A DNA stretch of 64,000 bases from Octopus sinensis (lineage: Eukaryota): positions 65,162,001 through 65,226,000 of the forward strand of contig NC_043000.1 of the NCBI RefSeq assembly GCF_006345805.1, written 5' to 3'. Below the pieces are notes generated by a model. It searched no databases, was not told the origin of the DNA, and worked only from the letters and a program-made list of their open reading frames with translations. Of the stretch, positions 51,966-64,000 are shown piece after piece. The number at the start of each line of letters is the position of its first letter. Position 1 is the first letter of the stretch. The position numbers and the translations under genes were made by a program.

Positions 51966-52689
51966 CAATTTGAAGTGCAGTCTACTTAACGGTCTTTCAC
52001 ATTAGTTTCCGTCTACCCAGTTTCACTCTCAAGGCATGGGTCAACTCGAGGTTATATAAAATACATTAGCCTAAGTTGGTATTTAGTTGAATCGAAGCTG
52101 GGAGTTCATGATCGTAAAATTTCTTAACTACTCGGCTATAGCTAGAACTCATTTCACTTAAACATAAAAAAGCTTCTCACTTGCATTTTACCATTTAGGG
52201 AGCGAATGGCATCATCACTGAAAACGTTTTCAAAGTTTGCAAGGTTAGTTTACAAAGTTTACACGGTTAGTGTGAGAAAGAGTAATCTCAAACCGGACAC
52301 TTTGACCGAATGCTTGCAAGAGAAGGGGTGATGGATTAAAGCTATTCTAAAACCAACAAGAACTCATAATACAGGGTCACTACAAACAGCATGGGGTTTA
52401 TCTTCCGATGTTTAAACAATTCCGCCAATCCGCCGCCCTGTAGGGGTACTTTGTTTTACTGATCCTGAAGGAAAAAATGAAAAGCAAACTTGACTTCTAT
52501 AAGATTTGAACTTACAGCAAGCAGACAGCCAGCACAAGTTATTTTATCCTACATTCTAACGTTCTAACCATTTTCTACCTCCATTTCTTTTTGACGCGTG
52601 GATTTTATTATATTTAAAAAAAAAAAAGAAACCCTTAAAAATATAAGGATACACTAAGGCAGACAAGCAAAATATTCTTTTCTGCTCTA

Positions 52690-53074
52690 AGTACAAGTCC
52701 CGAAATTATTATTTTTTTTGGTTGGGGGGCAGTCGATTTGATAGACCCCAGGACGCAACTGGTACTTAATTTATCGACCCCGAAAAGCAAAGTCGACCTC
52801 GGTGGAATTTGAACTCAGAATGTAAAGACAGACAAAATACCTATTTCTTTACTACACACAAGGGGCTAAACACAGAGAGGACAAACAAGGACAGACAAAC
52901 AGATTAAGTCGATTACATCGACCCCCCAGTGCGTAACTGGTACTTAATTTATCGACCCCGAAAGGATGAAAGGCAAAGTCGACCTCAGCGGAATTTGAGC
53001 TCAGAACGTAACGGCAGACGAAATACGGCTACGCATTTCGCCCGGCGTGCTAACGTTTCTGCCAGCTCGCCGCC
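52690..53074 (-). mobile_element. SINE family A dimer
   Basis: Same structure and junction (AAATACC|TATTTCTTT) as 849-1231. Confidence 0.9.
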
Positions 53075-53501
53075 TTAGAAAAGGCAAAATATTGATAAAA
53101 TAATGTTCCAGGTTTAGTTCTACTCCCGGCATGCACATAGAAACTTGTGCATTAAGTAATCCTATATAGTTTTTGTTAAGTTATCTTTAAAGCTGACCGC
53201 GAGTAGCAAAGGATACATTGCTTTCTTTGGTCGGCTTTAAAGACCAGATTCATTCTCATCCGTACTGTCTATATTTTTCAAAAATTTCAGTTCCCTAAAT
53301 TCATTGGATTTATCTCTCTTGATTGTTGTTTTAGATTTTCACCTTCCACAGAGGAAGCTTTGGTCTTCTACTTCTGTTGATAATTTCACTTGATTTAATT
53401 TCTAAACCCGCTATATTACCGAGAGGTAATATTTATCTCGACTTAAACAGGGATTTTCTATTAGAACAAATTATATTGCAGTAGTTATCGTGAGAGTGAA
53501 G

Positions 53502-53735
53502 GCGCGTCGCTTAGTGGTTAGGGTGTCAGCATCATGATTGTAAGATTGTGGTTTCGATTCCTGGACCGGGTGGCACGTTGTGTTCTTGAGCAAGACACTT
53601 CATTTCACGTTGCTCCAGTCCACTCAGCTGGCAAAAATGAGTAACGCTGCCATGGACTGGCGTCCCGTCCAGCTGGGAAACTCATACGCCATAGAAACCG
53701 GGAAACCGTGCCTATGATCCTGGCTAGGCTCTAAA
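53502..53735 (+). mobile_element. tRNA-derived SINE family C with V-domain-like segment
   Basis: GGCGCGTCGCTTAGTGGTTAGG, GTTTCGATTCC, TTGAGCAAGACACT, then ATGGACTGGCGTCCCGTCCAG (similar to the V-SINE domain, from memory). Confidence 0.8.
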
Positions 53736-54636
53736 AGGGCGCATTTATGATTATTATTATTATTATAGTTATCATGAGAGGAACCCTCATATTGACTTTT
53801 TGATGAAAAATACACACTTGTTTATATCGCTAGCAGAGTCTCAGTACTGGAGATGGCGAGAGTTTATCTATCAGCAAACCATATAAACGAGAGTGCATTT
53901 TGCACTAAATAATAAAGTATAACTTGTTCTAACAGAACATTCATGTTTAAGTAGGGGTAAATATTCACCCCTCGGTATTGATACTGCCTGTGTTGCTAAC
54001 CAATATTTTTCCACTACATATGTGAGGCCCCAGCGTATTTGTATTTAGTATTCTGAACGCTTTACTGATGTTTTTTTTTTCTGCTCAACCATATTGTTAT
54101 TGACTTAAAGTATTGTTTTCTCAACACGATATAGACAAGAAACATTTAAAGCGGAAAATGAAGTGATATACTTGTGTTGGTTACTTAAAAAATATATTAA
54201 AAGTTCTGAATGCTATCACTTTCGTTTCTGTAGTGACGTGAGGAGTAAATAAAATATTGGAGGAACTTACTGTGATTCTCAATTATAAACAATTTAAATG
54301 TCTTCACTCACTACGTCCTTCCACTACAGACAGCTTTCAACTTTATACTTAATTCGCTGCCGTTTTACCTGAAGGCATTACAGACACGGCTTATTCCATT
54401 TTTCGATTAAGAATGCGATTAAGAAATACTTGCACCATTATGTCAGTAGTCGCACATTTTATCTAGTAGAAATATTTCATCCCAGTATTATGCTGTTGAA
54501 TATGTTAATGTTTTATTTTCCGTTGCAAAAGTTTCGTTTCCGATTGCACCGCAATCTACTTTATTTAGGATAACAAAGTTAACACTTTATATTGAATAAA
54601 AGCTTACAAATTATGATGCTTCATAATTTTATTCAG

Positions 54637-54705
54637 TTTATGACTTCAATGTCTGACTACAAAAGTTACATCATTTTGGTGACAGCAGTAGATATGCTGG
54701 GGACG
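54637..54705 (+). CDS. Candidate 69-nt phase 0-0 exon (FMTSMSDYKSYIILVTAVDMLGT)
   Basis: ttttattcag acceptor, ACG|GTAAAA donor, only one frame open. YxIxVTAVDxxG resembles an FN3/cadherin-type beta-strand. Confidence 0.3.
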
Positions 54706-55094
54706 GTAAAAATTTTGTAAGAAATTTATCTATCATTTGGGTCTCTTATAATGATGTGGAAACCTGAAGACTTGAGTTTTTTTGGGGTTTTTTTTGTTAT
54801 TTGTATTTTCTCTGCTAATCAAATAAATCCTTCTCGTAGTGATTAAAGCTAAAATTGAAACATTTAGAAATGAGGTAGATCAGCCAAATCAGCAATTATA
54901 TTATCATGTCAACTTCTGTGGTGTTGATCAATTTAACAGAAATCGTGAGTTCGATTCATGGACTAGAATGTGCGTTATGTGCTTGGACTTCATTTCCGAT
55001 TGCTTCAGTTCACTCAGGTAAAAAGGAGTTGTGTCTCTACTGCAGAGTATCGCCTCGCAAGCTTTAATTCTCAAATCTTGAAAATTAGAAATAT

Positions 55095-56371
55095 TGGTTT
55101 CAAATTTTGGCACAAGGCCAACAATTTCGAGATAGAAGGTGAGTCGATTACATTTATCTCAGTGCTCAAGTAGTACTTATTTTATCGGCCCCCAAAAGGG
55201 ATAGAAGGCAAAATCGACCTTGGCGGCATTTGAACCCAGAACGTTAAGTCGGAAGAAATACCGCTAAACATTTTCCCCGGCCCAGTAACGTTTCTTATTT
55301 CTTTATTACCCACAAGGGGCTAAACATAGAGGGGACAAACAAGGACAGACAAAGGGATTGAGTCGATTATATCGACCCCAGTTCGTAACTGGTACTTAAT
55401 GTATCGACCCCGAAAGGATGAAAGACAAAGTCGACCTCGGCGGAATTTGAACTCAGAACGTAACGGCAGACGAAATACCGATTTCTTTACTACCCACAAG
55501 GGGGTAAACAGAGGGGACAAACAAGGACAGACAAACGGATTAAGTCGATTATATCAACCCCAGTGCATAACTGGTACTTATTTAATCGACCCCGAAAGGA
55601 TGAAAGGCAAAGTCGACCTCGGCGGAATTTGAACTCAGAACGTAGCGACAGACGAAATACCGCTCAGCGTTTAGTCCAGCGTACTAACGTTTCTGCCAGC
55701 TTGCCGCCTTTAAGTACCTATTTCTTTACTACCCACAAGGGGCTAAACACAGAGGGGCCGAACAAGGACAGACAAACGGATTAAGTCGATTATATCGATC
55801 CCAGTTCGTAACTGGTACTTAATGTATCGACCCCGAAAGGATGAAAGACAAAGTCGACCTCGGCGGAATTTGAACTCAGAACGTAACGGCAGACGAAATA
55901 CCGATTTCTTTACTACCCACAAGGGGGTAAACAGAGGGGACAAACAAGGACAGACAAACGGATTAAGTCGATTATATCAACCCCAGTGCATAACTGGTAC
56001 TTATTTAATCGACCCCGAAAGGATGAAAGGCAAAGTCGACCTCGGCGGAATTTGAACTCAGAACGTAGCGACAGACGAAATACCGCTCAGCGTTTAGTCC
56101 AGCGTACTAACGTTTCTGCCAGCTTGCCGCCTTTAAGTACCTATTTCTTTACTACCCACAAGGGGCTAAACACAGAGGGGCCGAACAAGGACAGACAAAC
56201 GGATTAAGTCGATTATATCGATCCCAGTGTGTGACTGGTACTTATTTAATCAACCCCGAAAGATGAAAGGCAAAGTCGACCTCGGCGGAATTTGAACTCA
56301 GAACGTAACAGCAGACGAAATACCGTTAAGCATTTCGCCCGACGTGCTAACGTTTCTGCCAGCTCGCCGCC
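55095..56371 (-). mobile_element. Tandem array of five SINE family A monomers plus one older copy, containing a 423-bp duplication
   Basis: Monomers at about 55296-55480, 55481-55708, 55720-55903, 55904-56131 and 56143-56371. Identical ORF pairs are offset by 423 bp (55399/55822, 55563/55986). Confidence 0.95.
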
Positions 56372-56899
56372 TTAAAATAATGCAAAATGTTAAGGAACCT
56401 TCATGGCTACGGTGCATGAGTGAGGAACCTTCGATTGTAAAGCAATTGATCAGTCAAAGGTGGTCTAAATTTAAGCAGTAGAACCTTATTCCATATCCAT
56501 TTCATAAGCGTATAATTACAATGGTAAACTATGCAATGTTCACAACTGTTGGCCCATCGCAGACGTAGCTTTGAGGGAAAATCCATTACGGAAATTCAAA
56601 GGTGTTTGATTGCAAAAATCTCGTTGCTTTATTCAAAAGTGTATTAGGTAGATACTTTTTGTATGCTGGTATATAACGCCTTGCGAAGTTAAATGCCTGC
56701 TCCACCCTTGCATAATTGAAGCCTTACCCTAGGGTATAAGTTCTCGTTAGAACCCTTCAGGCCCTCCAACTATTACGAGCACTGCCTCTTTTCCAAACTT
56801 AGCTATAAAAAAAATATATACTAGATAAGGGTATAGCAGAACATTCCAAACGTCCATAGTGAATTCTGTGTTTTATGGTCAATAGTAAACTGAAATATT

Positions 56900-57800
56900 A
56901 ACAGATACGCTAAATTAAATGTTTAAGTCTCGAGAGTCCAAACGTAGCACAATAAATATGAATAGTGCCTATCATCAAGTATCACCCAGACAAAGAGATA
57001 CATCTTCGACTTCTGTTGGAACTTATAGTAAACTGAGTTTTGACATTTGTCTTTTGATGGTATCACCTCTGTTCTTATTATTAAAGAGTTACCATCCTGG
57101 TACTTTGACTCATTCAACAACATTATTATTTGTGATCAAGCAAAAACTGTATCTAATGAAATGCAGCTCTTTTATAAATGAGCAAAGTAGTTTAAGATGC
57201 GGTAGAACTAATTTTCCTAGAACTAATGTTCTATTCATACAGAACATAGAGAAAAGAATACTGATACATACACACATAAAAATCTGTTAAAGTACTTTGT
57301 GATAATTAAAATGACCAAACGTAATAGACGATCAGTTTATAAGGATTCTTTGCCAGAATAAACACAATTATTGTAAGATTAACATGGTACAATTTACGAG
57401 ACAGAGTCCCAATTAATTAAAGATGCCTTAGCTGACCCAGATTTAAATGATCCAATAATAATCCTTGAAATAAATGTGTCGGGCGAAGCACAAGAAGCTA
57501 CTCTAAGTCAAGAAGATAAAGCAATTGCTTCTTTATTCAAAATCTTTCTCTGCAACTGAGCGAAATTAATCAATAATAGAAAAGGAAGCAGCTGCTACAA
57601 TAGAAACCACAATGCACTTGTGATTTATCTTACGAACGGTTCCAAAATTCCCAATTATAACTGACCAAAGATCAATATTATTCTTTTTCTCTAACAAATA
57701 CAATTCAAGAATAGTTAGATGAGTATTATAGATGGCAGATTGCAATTTTGATATTTTGTACTGTCCGTGTTTTTTGAAGCACTGTTGTTTTGATGCTATT
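56900..57800 (+). mobile_element. Degenerate Gypsy-type LTR retrotransposon pol (RT and RNase H)
   Basis: NMNSAYHQV (similar to DLxSAYHQV); DPIIILEINVSGEAQEATLSQ, TERN*SIIEKEAAA, ITDQRS. Confidence 0.8.
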
Positions 57801-58310
57801 AGAAATCTAAGTCAATTAAAGGTTCAGCGGGCAAATTTACCATCCTTTCCATACAAGATTTAGTATAATATATCGGAAATCTGTGAAGTGGTAGACAATT
57901 GCCCAACTCATAAATTGATTAAGCTTCGCTCTTTGTAAGAATAATTTCTGAAACACAACCCTGATAAAGTGTCTTATTGGGTTTTATTGTTCCATTGGAA
58001 TGAATAACTAGTTGTTGAGCCAACGTAGCAGCTTCTACGTGATCGCTGCACTTGCTGGAAACAGTAGTCAAATCGCCCTCAAGTCATATTTTACCCTCTT
58101 AAAGGGGAAAAGGATATACTGGCTAATGTGGTCCTGAATACAGTTTTTTCTGAAAAAAAAAGGTATGATTACAGCGGGATGGTTTTGATTCTAGGCCTGT
58201 TTGATGATAGCTGAATTGCCATTATTTTTTATGCTTTAGTCGGGAAGAAGCTCCGAGATCGGTAGGAGGAAGGGAGGAAGGTAGCCTCTAACCCGAAACC
58301 AGGCCCGAAC

Positions 58311-58378
58311 GCTTGCAACATAGTGGACTCCGTTAAAGGCAACAAGGGGTCTTTAGCAGATTCCACTATGTTGCAAGC
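58311..58378 (+). ncRNA. 68-nt near-perfect hairpin (pre-miRNA-like; strand uncertain)
   Basis: 30-bp stem (17 consecutive Watson-Crick pairs, 2 mismatches, 2 GU) with 8-nt loop AACAAGGG. The hairpin is certain; function is not. Confidence 0.35.
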
Positions 58379-59444
58379 ATTAGCATCATTGCTTGACGCC
58401 ACCAATCTGTCAAGCAATGGTATTAAATCGGTCAACAGATTTAAAACAACAACATAACTTATAGTCGATTTCTTTTCCTTCTTTTGGCTGATATATATGT
58501 AATGATTAAGATTTATTTTGCATCGGTTGAGTCACCAAGTTGTAACAGAAGGTATTAATTAGTAAACAATAATATGAAATGTCGGAGTCGTAATCAGTTT
58601 ATAAGGATTGGTTCTTCGTTGATTGCCATTATGTAAAGATGAAAGAACAGTGGTTGAAGTTATGAAGAAAATATTTATTTGCCGTTACATCGAATATACA
58701 TTGCCTCGACGAGCAGGTGAATGAAATCGTAAAGCATGCGAAGTAAACATAGATGTCGTAGATTTTTCTTGTAAAGTTTGTGTACACATTATCTTAACAG
58801 TAATCCACAGAAAGAGATAGAGTGATGTTGTAAGCTAGTGAGAGTGAGAGGATGCGGGACGAAATAACTGCTTCGTTGGCGAGATACCATAGTTGTTCTT
58901 TTTGCCCTTCTCTTCTGAGATGGCGTTTTGTTCAGCCGGTCACCCAGTCTCCGTTCTCACTAACTGAGTCGTTACTAAGTGACTAACTGATTTTTGCTTG
59001 GGAGTTCTTTGTTTTTATAACTATTCAGAAGGATAGACATATCGTTGAGAACAATGGGCTTCCCTGGTGGTACTGCGATATTCTATTCTAGCTTTTGGTG
59101 ATGTAGAAGAGGTTAGTAAGGTCAAGTGGTGAAGATATTATTTCGGCCTAGCTAAGGCAAGCCGGTAAATGTAAAACTGCTGTCACAGAAAAACTATTGT
59201 TTTACCGTGAGAAAAGTTCTGTTGAACTGTTAATTTTAATTTGGCCACGGTGGATCGAATCCACTTATTGCCTGCAAGATCCACTACATATATATACTAT
59301 AGATATTCATTAGAGTACTCTTGATTTAGAGTACACGAAATGCTGTTCAGTTATACACAGAAAAAAATACATCTTTCCAATACTTATTTATTTACAATTA
59401 TTGATAGTTAACCAGGGCCATTTATTGTCGTGTGTCTTCACCAG

Positions 59445-59626
59445 AGACGGAATACGAAAATGCAAGCCTTCGTGGGTGGATTGAAACTTTCTTGCATTTA
59501 ACTGCTACTTTCACTGTTAACTTTGAGCAGATTAGAGGAGATCAAATTTTAATTCTGTTCAAATATGATCAAACTTCCTTCAGTAGAATTACTGGCAGTT
59601 TACCAATAAGCTACACAATGAAATAA
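59445..59626 (+). CDS. Candidate exon (phase 1 entry; TEYENASLRGWIETFLHL...LPISYTMK*)
   Basis: Acceptor gtgtgtcttcaccag and about 60 open codons in non-repeat sequence. No homology recognised. Confidence 0.28.
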
Positions 59627-61634
59627 TTTTCAGTAATATCAGAGCTGTATCTCTTCAATAAATAGCAACAACAGAGAATTTACGCAGTGCAAACAATATA
59701 TATTTGCTGAAATACTTTTCTGTCAGTTACAAGTTGGAAGCAAATAATTTGACATTCAAAAGCCCGGATGTAATTTCTCAAAATTGGTTCTGCCGTCACT
59801 TTGCCTATCTATCTAGTTTTATTGTCCTCAGCCATAGTTGACATTCCAATACTTGTTTTTATTTTTATACTAAGGAATTAATAATATTGTTTCGTTATGT
59901 CCGGATATTTTTTATTATCTAGTATTATTTGAAAACATAATTAGAGGAAGTTAGCATCAATAACTAAATGTACCGCAGTTGATCTGGGAATTAGAAACGA
60001 GATAAAATAACATAATAGTAAAATTTAAGTGCCAACATTTGTTGTTGAAGCTTTGAGGATCTGGTGTGTATACATTAAAGTTCTAATCCAAATGGAAGCA
60101 TTTCGACCTCACTGGCTCTGTCGCCTACAAACTACAGTTATGATTTTAGAATGGGGACAACTGGCAAACTACTAAACATATGTCAGTAGAAACTGAATGG
60201 CAAACATCATCATCGCAGTTGGAGGCAATTTTAATCAGATGCAAATCGTTATTCCTATTACAAGCAAATCACAATTGCTGAATAGATAACGTAACTGGCT
60301 GCTAAGTTTGTATCCTGTCGAGGGCGTTGCCTTGTATAAGAGGGCTAAATAATGAATTCTGTTTGTTTGATACAGAAGCTTCATATCCAAAAACGATAAA
60401 ATATATAATAAAAAAGACATAATTACTATAAACAGTCAAAAACCTTCAATGGTTTGTGATACTTTGAACCATTAATAAGATAAAGGAGGCAACCGAGAAG
60501 AAACAAGTTCTACGTTATAAATATATTAAAAGTCTTTGTACCAAATAAATTTTCTATTAGCAACTGCGTTGGTTCGAGATCATAAACATCATATCCCTCT
60601 CACTGCTGTCGAATAATCTAATAATCTGAATGCGATTGTATTTCATTATCTCGGTTTCCACCACGTATGTTAATCGATATATCTTGATTTATTGACGTGT
60701 TCATTGAGAAATTGCATCATGGCTGCTTTGTAGTTAAAAAAAGATATTCTGGGTTCGATTCCACGGAACGGTACCTTCGACAACTATATTTAAGAATAAC
60801 CTCAATTTGACCAATGCCTTGTGAGTGAAATTTGATTATCAGAGACTGTGCAGAAGCTTGTTGTGTGTAAAGACACACGTACATGCATATAATCATGCAT
60901 GTATACACACATATACACACAGTACGCCTGTATATGTATATAACATATATATATATATATATATATACATACATACATACATACATACATACATACATAC
61001 ACACACACACTCATATATATGTACACTCTCAATACTATATGACAGACGGACACCACTACATCATCACACACACACACACACACAACACACACACGTTTTT
61101 CCTTGCATTCGCTCTTGTGTTTTAAAACATTTAGCCCACCCCCAAACTTCCGGTCAGTCAAAGGTCGGCATCTAGCACAACTCCACAAGGTTCTTTTTAC
61201 CACCTGACTTGACTTTATGACCGTTTCGTTTTTCTTCTTTCTTTTTTCCGGATCCTTCTCTCTCATCTCCCTTTTTTCCTATACTCGAAGAAAAACTATA
61301 TTGGAAAGGTTACAGTAATCAATTCTTTCTATTTCTCTGAGACTCGAGCTCTTACTATTGATTGCTAACTTATTCCGTCTTGTTATGTTTTTTGTTCTTC
61401 GCCATATATACATATATATACACAAAAACGCACACATATATGCATGTACGCGCTCGCACGTTGTATCAGGGCGATTCCTTGTACGTAAACAAAATCGATA
61501 GAATCTCGGAATGCTTTGCGAGATTTCTTCCGGTTTTTTACGTCCTGAGTTCAAATCTTACCGAGGTCAACATTGTTTTTCATCCCTCCAGGATCGCTAA
61601 ATAACGTACGAGTCAAATTCAGTGCTCGATTTAA

Positions 61635-61852
61635 CCCTTTAGTATTTAAACAGGCCATATTCTGCCCTTGTATTCTACCTGTTTTACGCCCAAACCAGGC
61701 CTATCTGGCCTCTTGCACCAACCCTACAATGTCATTATAAAAATAAATTTACATCATCAAAACCTCAAAACTGCAAGATAAAGCGTGGTTAATTCAAAAC
61801 TACGTAAATAAATAAGCATCACATTTCATTGAATAATCTGAATGCTAAAAGG
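61635..61852. mobile_element. piggyBac-type MITE (218 bp)
   Basis: TTAA on both sides (61631-34, 61853-56). Ends CCCTTTAGTATTT and reverse complement CCTTTTAGCATTC. Confidence 0.75.
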
Positions 61853-62034
61853 TTAAATGATGTAACTGACTACCATTCTGTACCAACATGCAATGGGCTA
61901 GCGTGCTATAGTAGAGCTTAAAATCCTCATGCAACCGTGATACAGTAGATCTCAGAATCCTCATACGATGACAAGTGAAATGACACACAGGCTGGAATAT
62001 GTGTCAATTACTTGAATATTAATGCCCTAAAAGT

Positions 62035-62385
62035 GCAGGCATGGCTCTGTGGAGTCGCAGGCGTGGCTGTGTGGAAAGAAGCTTGCTTCCCAACCACATG
62101 GTTCCAGATCCATTTCCACTGCATAGCAACTTGGGCAAGTGTCTTCTATTACAGCCACGGGTCGACCAAAGCCTTGTGGGTGGATTTGGCAAACGGAAAC
62201 TGAAAGAAGCTAGTTGTATGTGTGTGTGCATGTGTCTTTACGTTCCCGGTTCGGCAAAAGAGGCCAATGAAATAAGTATTAAGCTTTAAAAGATAAGTCC
62301 TGGGGTCGATTTGTTCGTCTAAAACCCTTGAAGTCTGTGTTCCAGCATGACCGCAGTCAAATGACTGAAACGAAGAAAAGATAAA
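62035..62385 (+). mobile_element. SINE family B
   Basis: GCAGGCGTGGCTGTGTGG...GCAACTTGGGCAAGTGTC...TCCAGCATGACCGCAGTCAAATGACTGAAAC. Confidence 0.88.
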
Positions 62386-62456
62386 AGATGAATATGACTA
62401 CATATATGCAGCGGTGGGTATATGTAACCATTTACATGGAGCATAACATAGATAAC

Positions 62457-62764
62457 TAACTGGCACTCCACGACAAGGGTTCCAGTTGATCCGATCAACG
62501 AAACAGCCTGCTCGTGAAATGAACGTGCATGTGGCTGAGCGCTCCACAGACACGAGTACCCTTAGGGAGATTCAGCGTGACACAGTGTGACAAGGCTGGC
62601 CCTTTGAAATACAGGTACTACTCATTTTTGCCAGCTGAGTGGACTGGGCTGGAGCAACATGAAATAAAGTGTCTTGCTTAAGGACACAAAGCGTCACCGA
62701 GAATTGAATTCACGACCCTGCGATCGTGAGCCGAAATTCCTAACCACTAAGCCACGCGCCTTCA
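62457..62764 (-). mobile_element. SINE family C, full length, tail type 2
   Basis: Minus strand GGCGCGTGGCTTAGTGGTTAGG...GTGTCCTTAAGCAAGACACT...AAAATGAGTAGTACCTG...GGAGTGCCA. Confidence 0.88.
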
Positions 62765-63152
62765 CTGTAACATACGTATAACTACGTAAAACAGACAGGC
62801 TTCATCTGATTGCGTACAATGACCACCAATATTCCTCAGGTCGCAACATACTGTCTCCAGAGAGAAAGACACATTGGATAGTGGTGTCCCTGATATACAT
62901 AATAAACAGATGTTCAAGACCGAAACATCTGTAGTCACGCGTTTCATTGTTAAAGATTTAACCGGAACTATAGAATAAAAATGAGTAGCAAGTACCCTGT
63001 ACATGTAATACACTATACCAGTACAACATGTTCAGTCACAGAACTATTTATATATACATTCACACATTTAAAGATATGAAAAGAAAAAGAAATGAAAAAG
63101 TGAGATAACGCAAATGAAAAAGATGTGAAAGATGTTTCCCTGTACTTAACAA

Positions 63153-63315
63153 TAGTAGCGTAGCTAGAGTGTGTGCCGCCCGGGGCGTCCCTTCAGTTTG
63201 TCACTCCCCCCCCACCACCACGAAAAATACATATTGCGTACAGCAGACCCAACAGTGGTGCCACCTGAGGCAGACCACTCCCTCTGCCCCCACGCCACCC
63301 CACTCCACTAACTAC
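63153..63315. mobile_element. Degenerate GC-rich MITE-like element
   Basis: Starts AGTAGCGTAGCTAG...GCCGCCCGGGGCG; right end is only partly complementary. Confidence 0.4.
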
Positions 63316-63419
63316 ATTAGGACTGATAAAGAAAGTCTATTGTTAGTCATTCAGTCAGTCAGTTGTGATGTAGTTTTGTTTAGTGAGTAAATTTCAGCAC
63401 AACTTCTGAACTTATCATC

Positions 63420-63740
63420 ATTCTTCGGTCATGAATGACCATGGGACAGCACCTAGAAAGTTACCCTCTGAGGCACAAGTCCGGGCAAGGTTGCTTATGG
63501 AAGGCCAGCAGGAATCCATGCATACCAGCCTCTCCTCTCCATGCCACTTATGTTATCCAAGGGAAAGACAAAAGCTGATACAGTTTGATACCAGTGGCAT
63601 TGCAACTCATTTCTACGACTGAGTGAACTGGAGCAGCATGAAATAAAGTGTCTTGCTCAAGAACACAACACACACAGCCCGGCCCGGGAATCGAACTCAC
63701 TACCTCATCATCGTAAGTCCGACACTGAACCATGCTCATC
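63420..63740 (-). mobile_element. SINE family C, tail type 3
   Basis: Minus strand GAGTTCGATTCCCGGGCC...TTGAGCAAGACACTTTATTTCA...AAATGAGT, then a different 3' tail. Confidence 0.82.
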
Positions 63741-64000
63741 AAAGCAGAACAAGACCACTACTGTATAACGCTACGACAAACAAATGACGCACATATGTTC
63801 AATATATGCTATCTCTATGGAGATCGTTACTAATGCAAAATATAATTTCAATGAGTGTCTTCCAACGAACATCTCATCAACTGTCAACAAGGGATGATGT
63901 ACGCAGTTGCTTAACTTGATAGAAATAGAAGCCAAATATCAGCCACATTACAACTCACCGTCTTAAATAGAAATACACAGGTTTGTAGAGGGCAGATGGT

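Noticed and set aside
53502-53575. tRNA gene-like heads (also 31136, 62690-62764 and others)
   Set aside because: A and B boxes are present but there is no full cloverleaf, and each continues into a SINE body.
55320-56207. Repeated ORFs RPRKDERQSRPRRNLNSER (also 807, 41837, 51531)
   Set aside because: Antisense reading of SINE family A, not a protein family.
55296-56371. CRISPR-like appearance of the regular array
   Set aside because: Whole 185-228 bp units are homologous SINE monomers, with no unique spacers, no cas genes, and a eukaryotic context.
58370-58420. HDV-like ribozyme reading (hairpin followed by GCUAAU on the minus strand)
   Set aside because: No upstream P1/P2/P3/P1.1 elements could be paired.

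Overview
AT-rich, microsatellite-dense eukaryotic DNA with one 100-N assembly gap (32021-32120). The SINE families look like those of Octopus (recognised from memory, not searched), so a coleoid cephalopod source is likely. Most of the window is repeats. There are three tRNA-derived SINE families (including dimers and a 5-mer tandem array), several R4/Dong-clade non-LTR fragments tied to (TAA)n tracts, and RTE, Penelope and Gypsy remnants. DNA transposons include a full-length but dead DD37E/TRT Tc1 element, mariner, maT-like and Tigger remnants, a piggyBac-type MITE, a non-autonomous Helitron and a Helitron helicase remnant. Host coding signal is limited. The last two exons of an unidentified + strand gene are well supported (2695-2865, 5714-5961). 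A CCAAT/E-box promoter-like module sits at ~13.5 kb, and there are several low-confidence scattered exons. Nearly all ORFs in the supplied track are microsatellite or SINE artefacts. The best leads are a type I hammerhead ribozyme with an extended stem II (34301-34396, minus), a pre-miRNA-like double hairpin (58311-58419), an inverted pair of a (TAA)n-flanked non-autonomous element, the SINE multimer array, and an unclassified repeat with a 33-bp invariant core. I did not find evidence of a complete novel multi-gene system.
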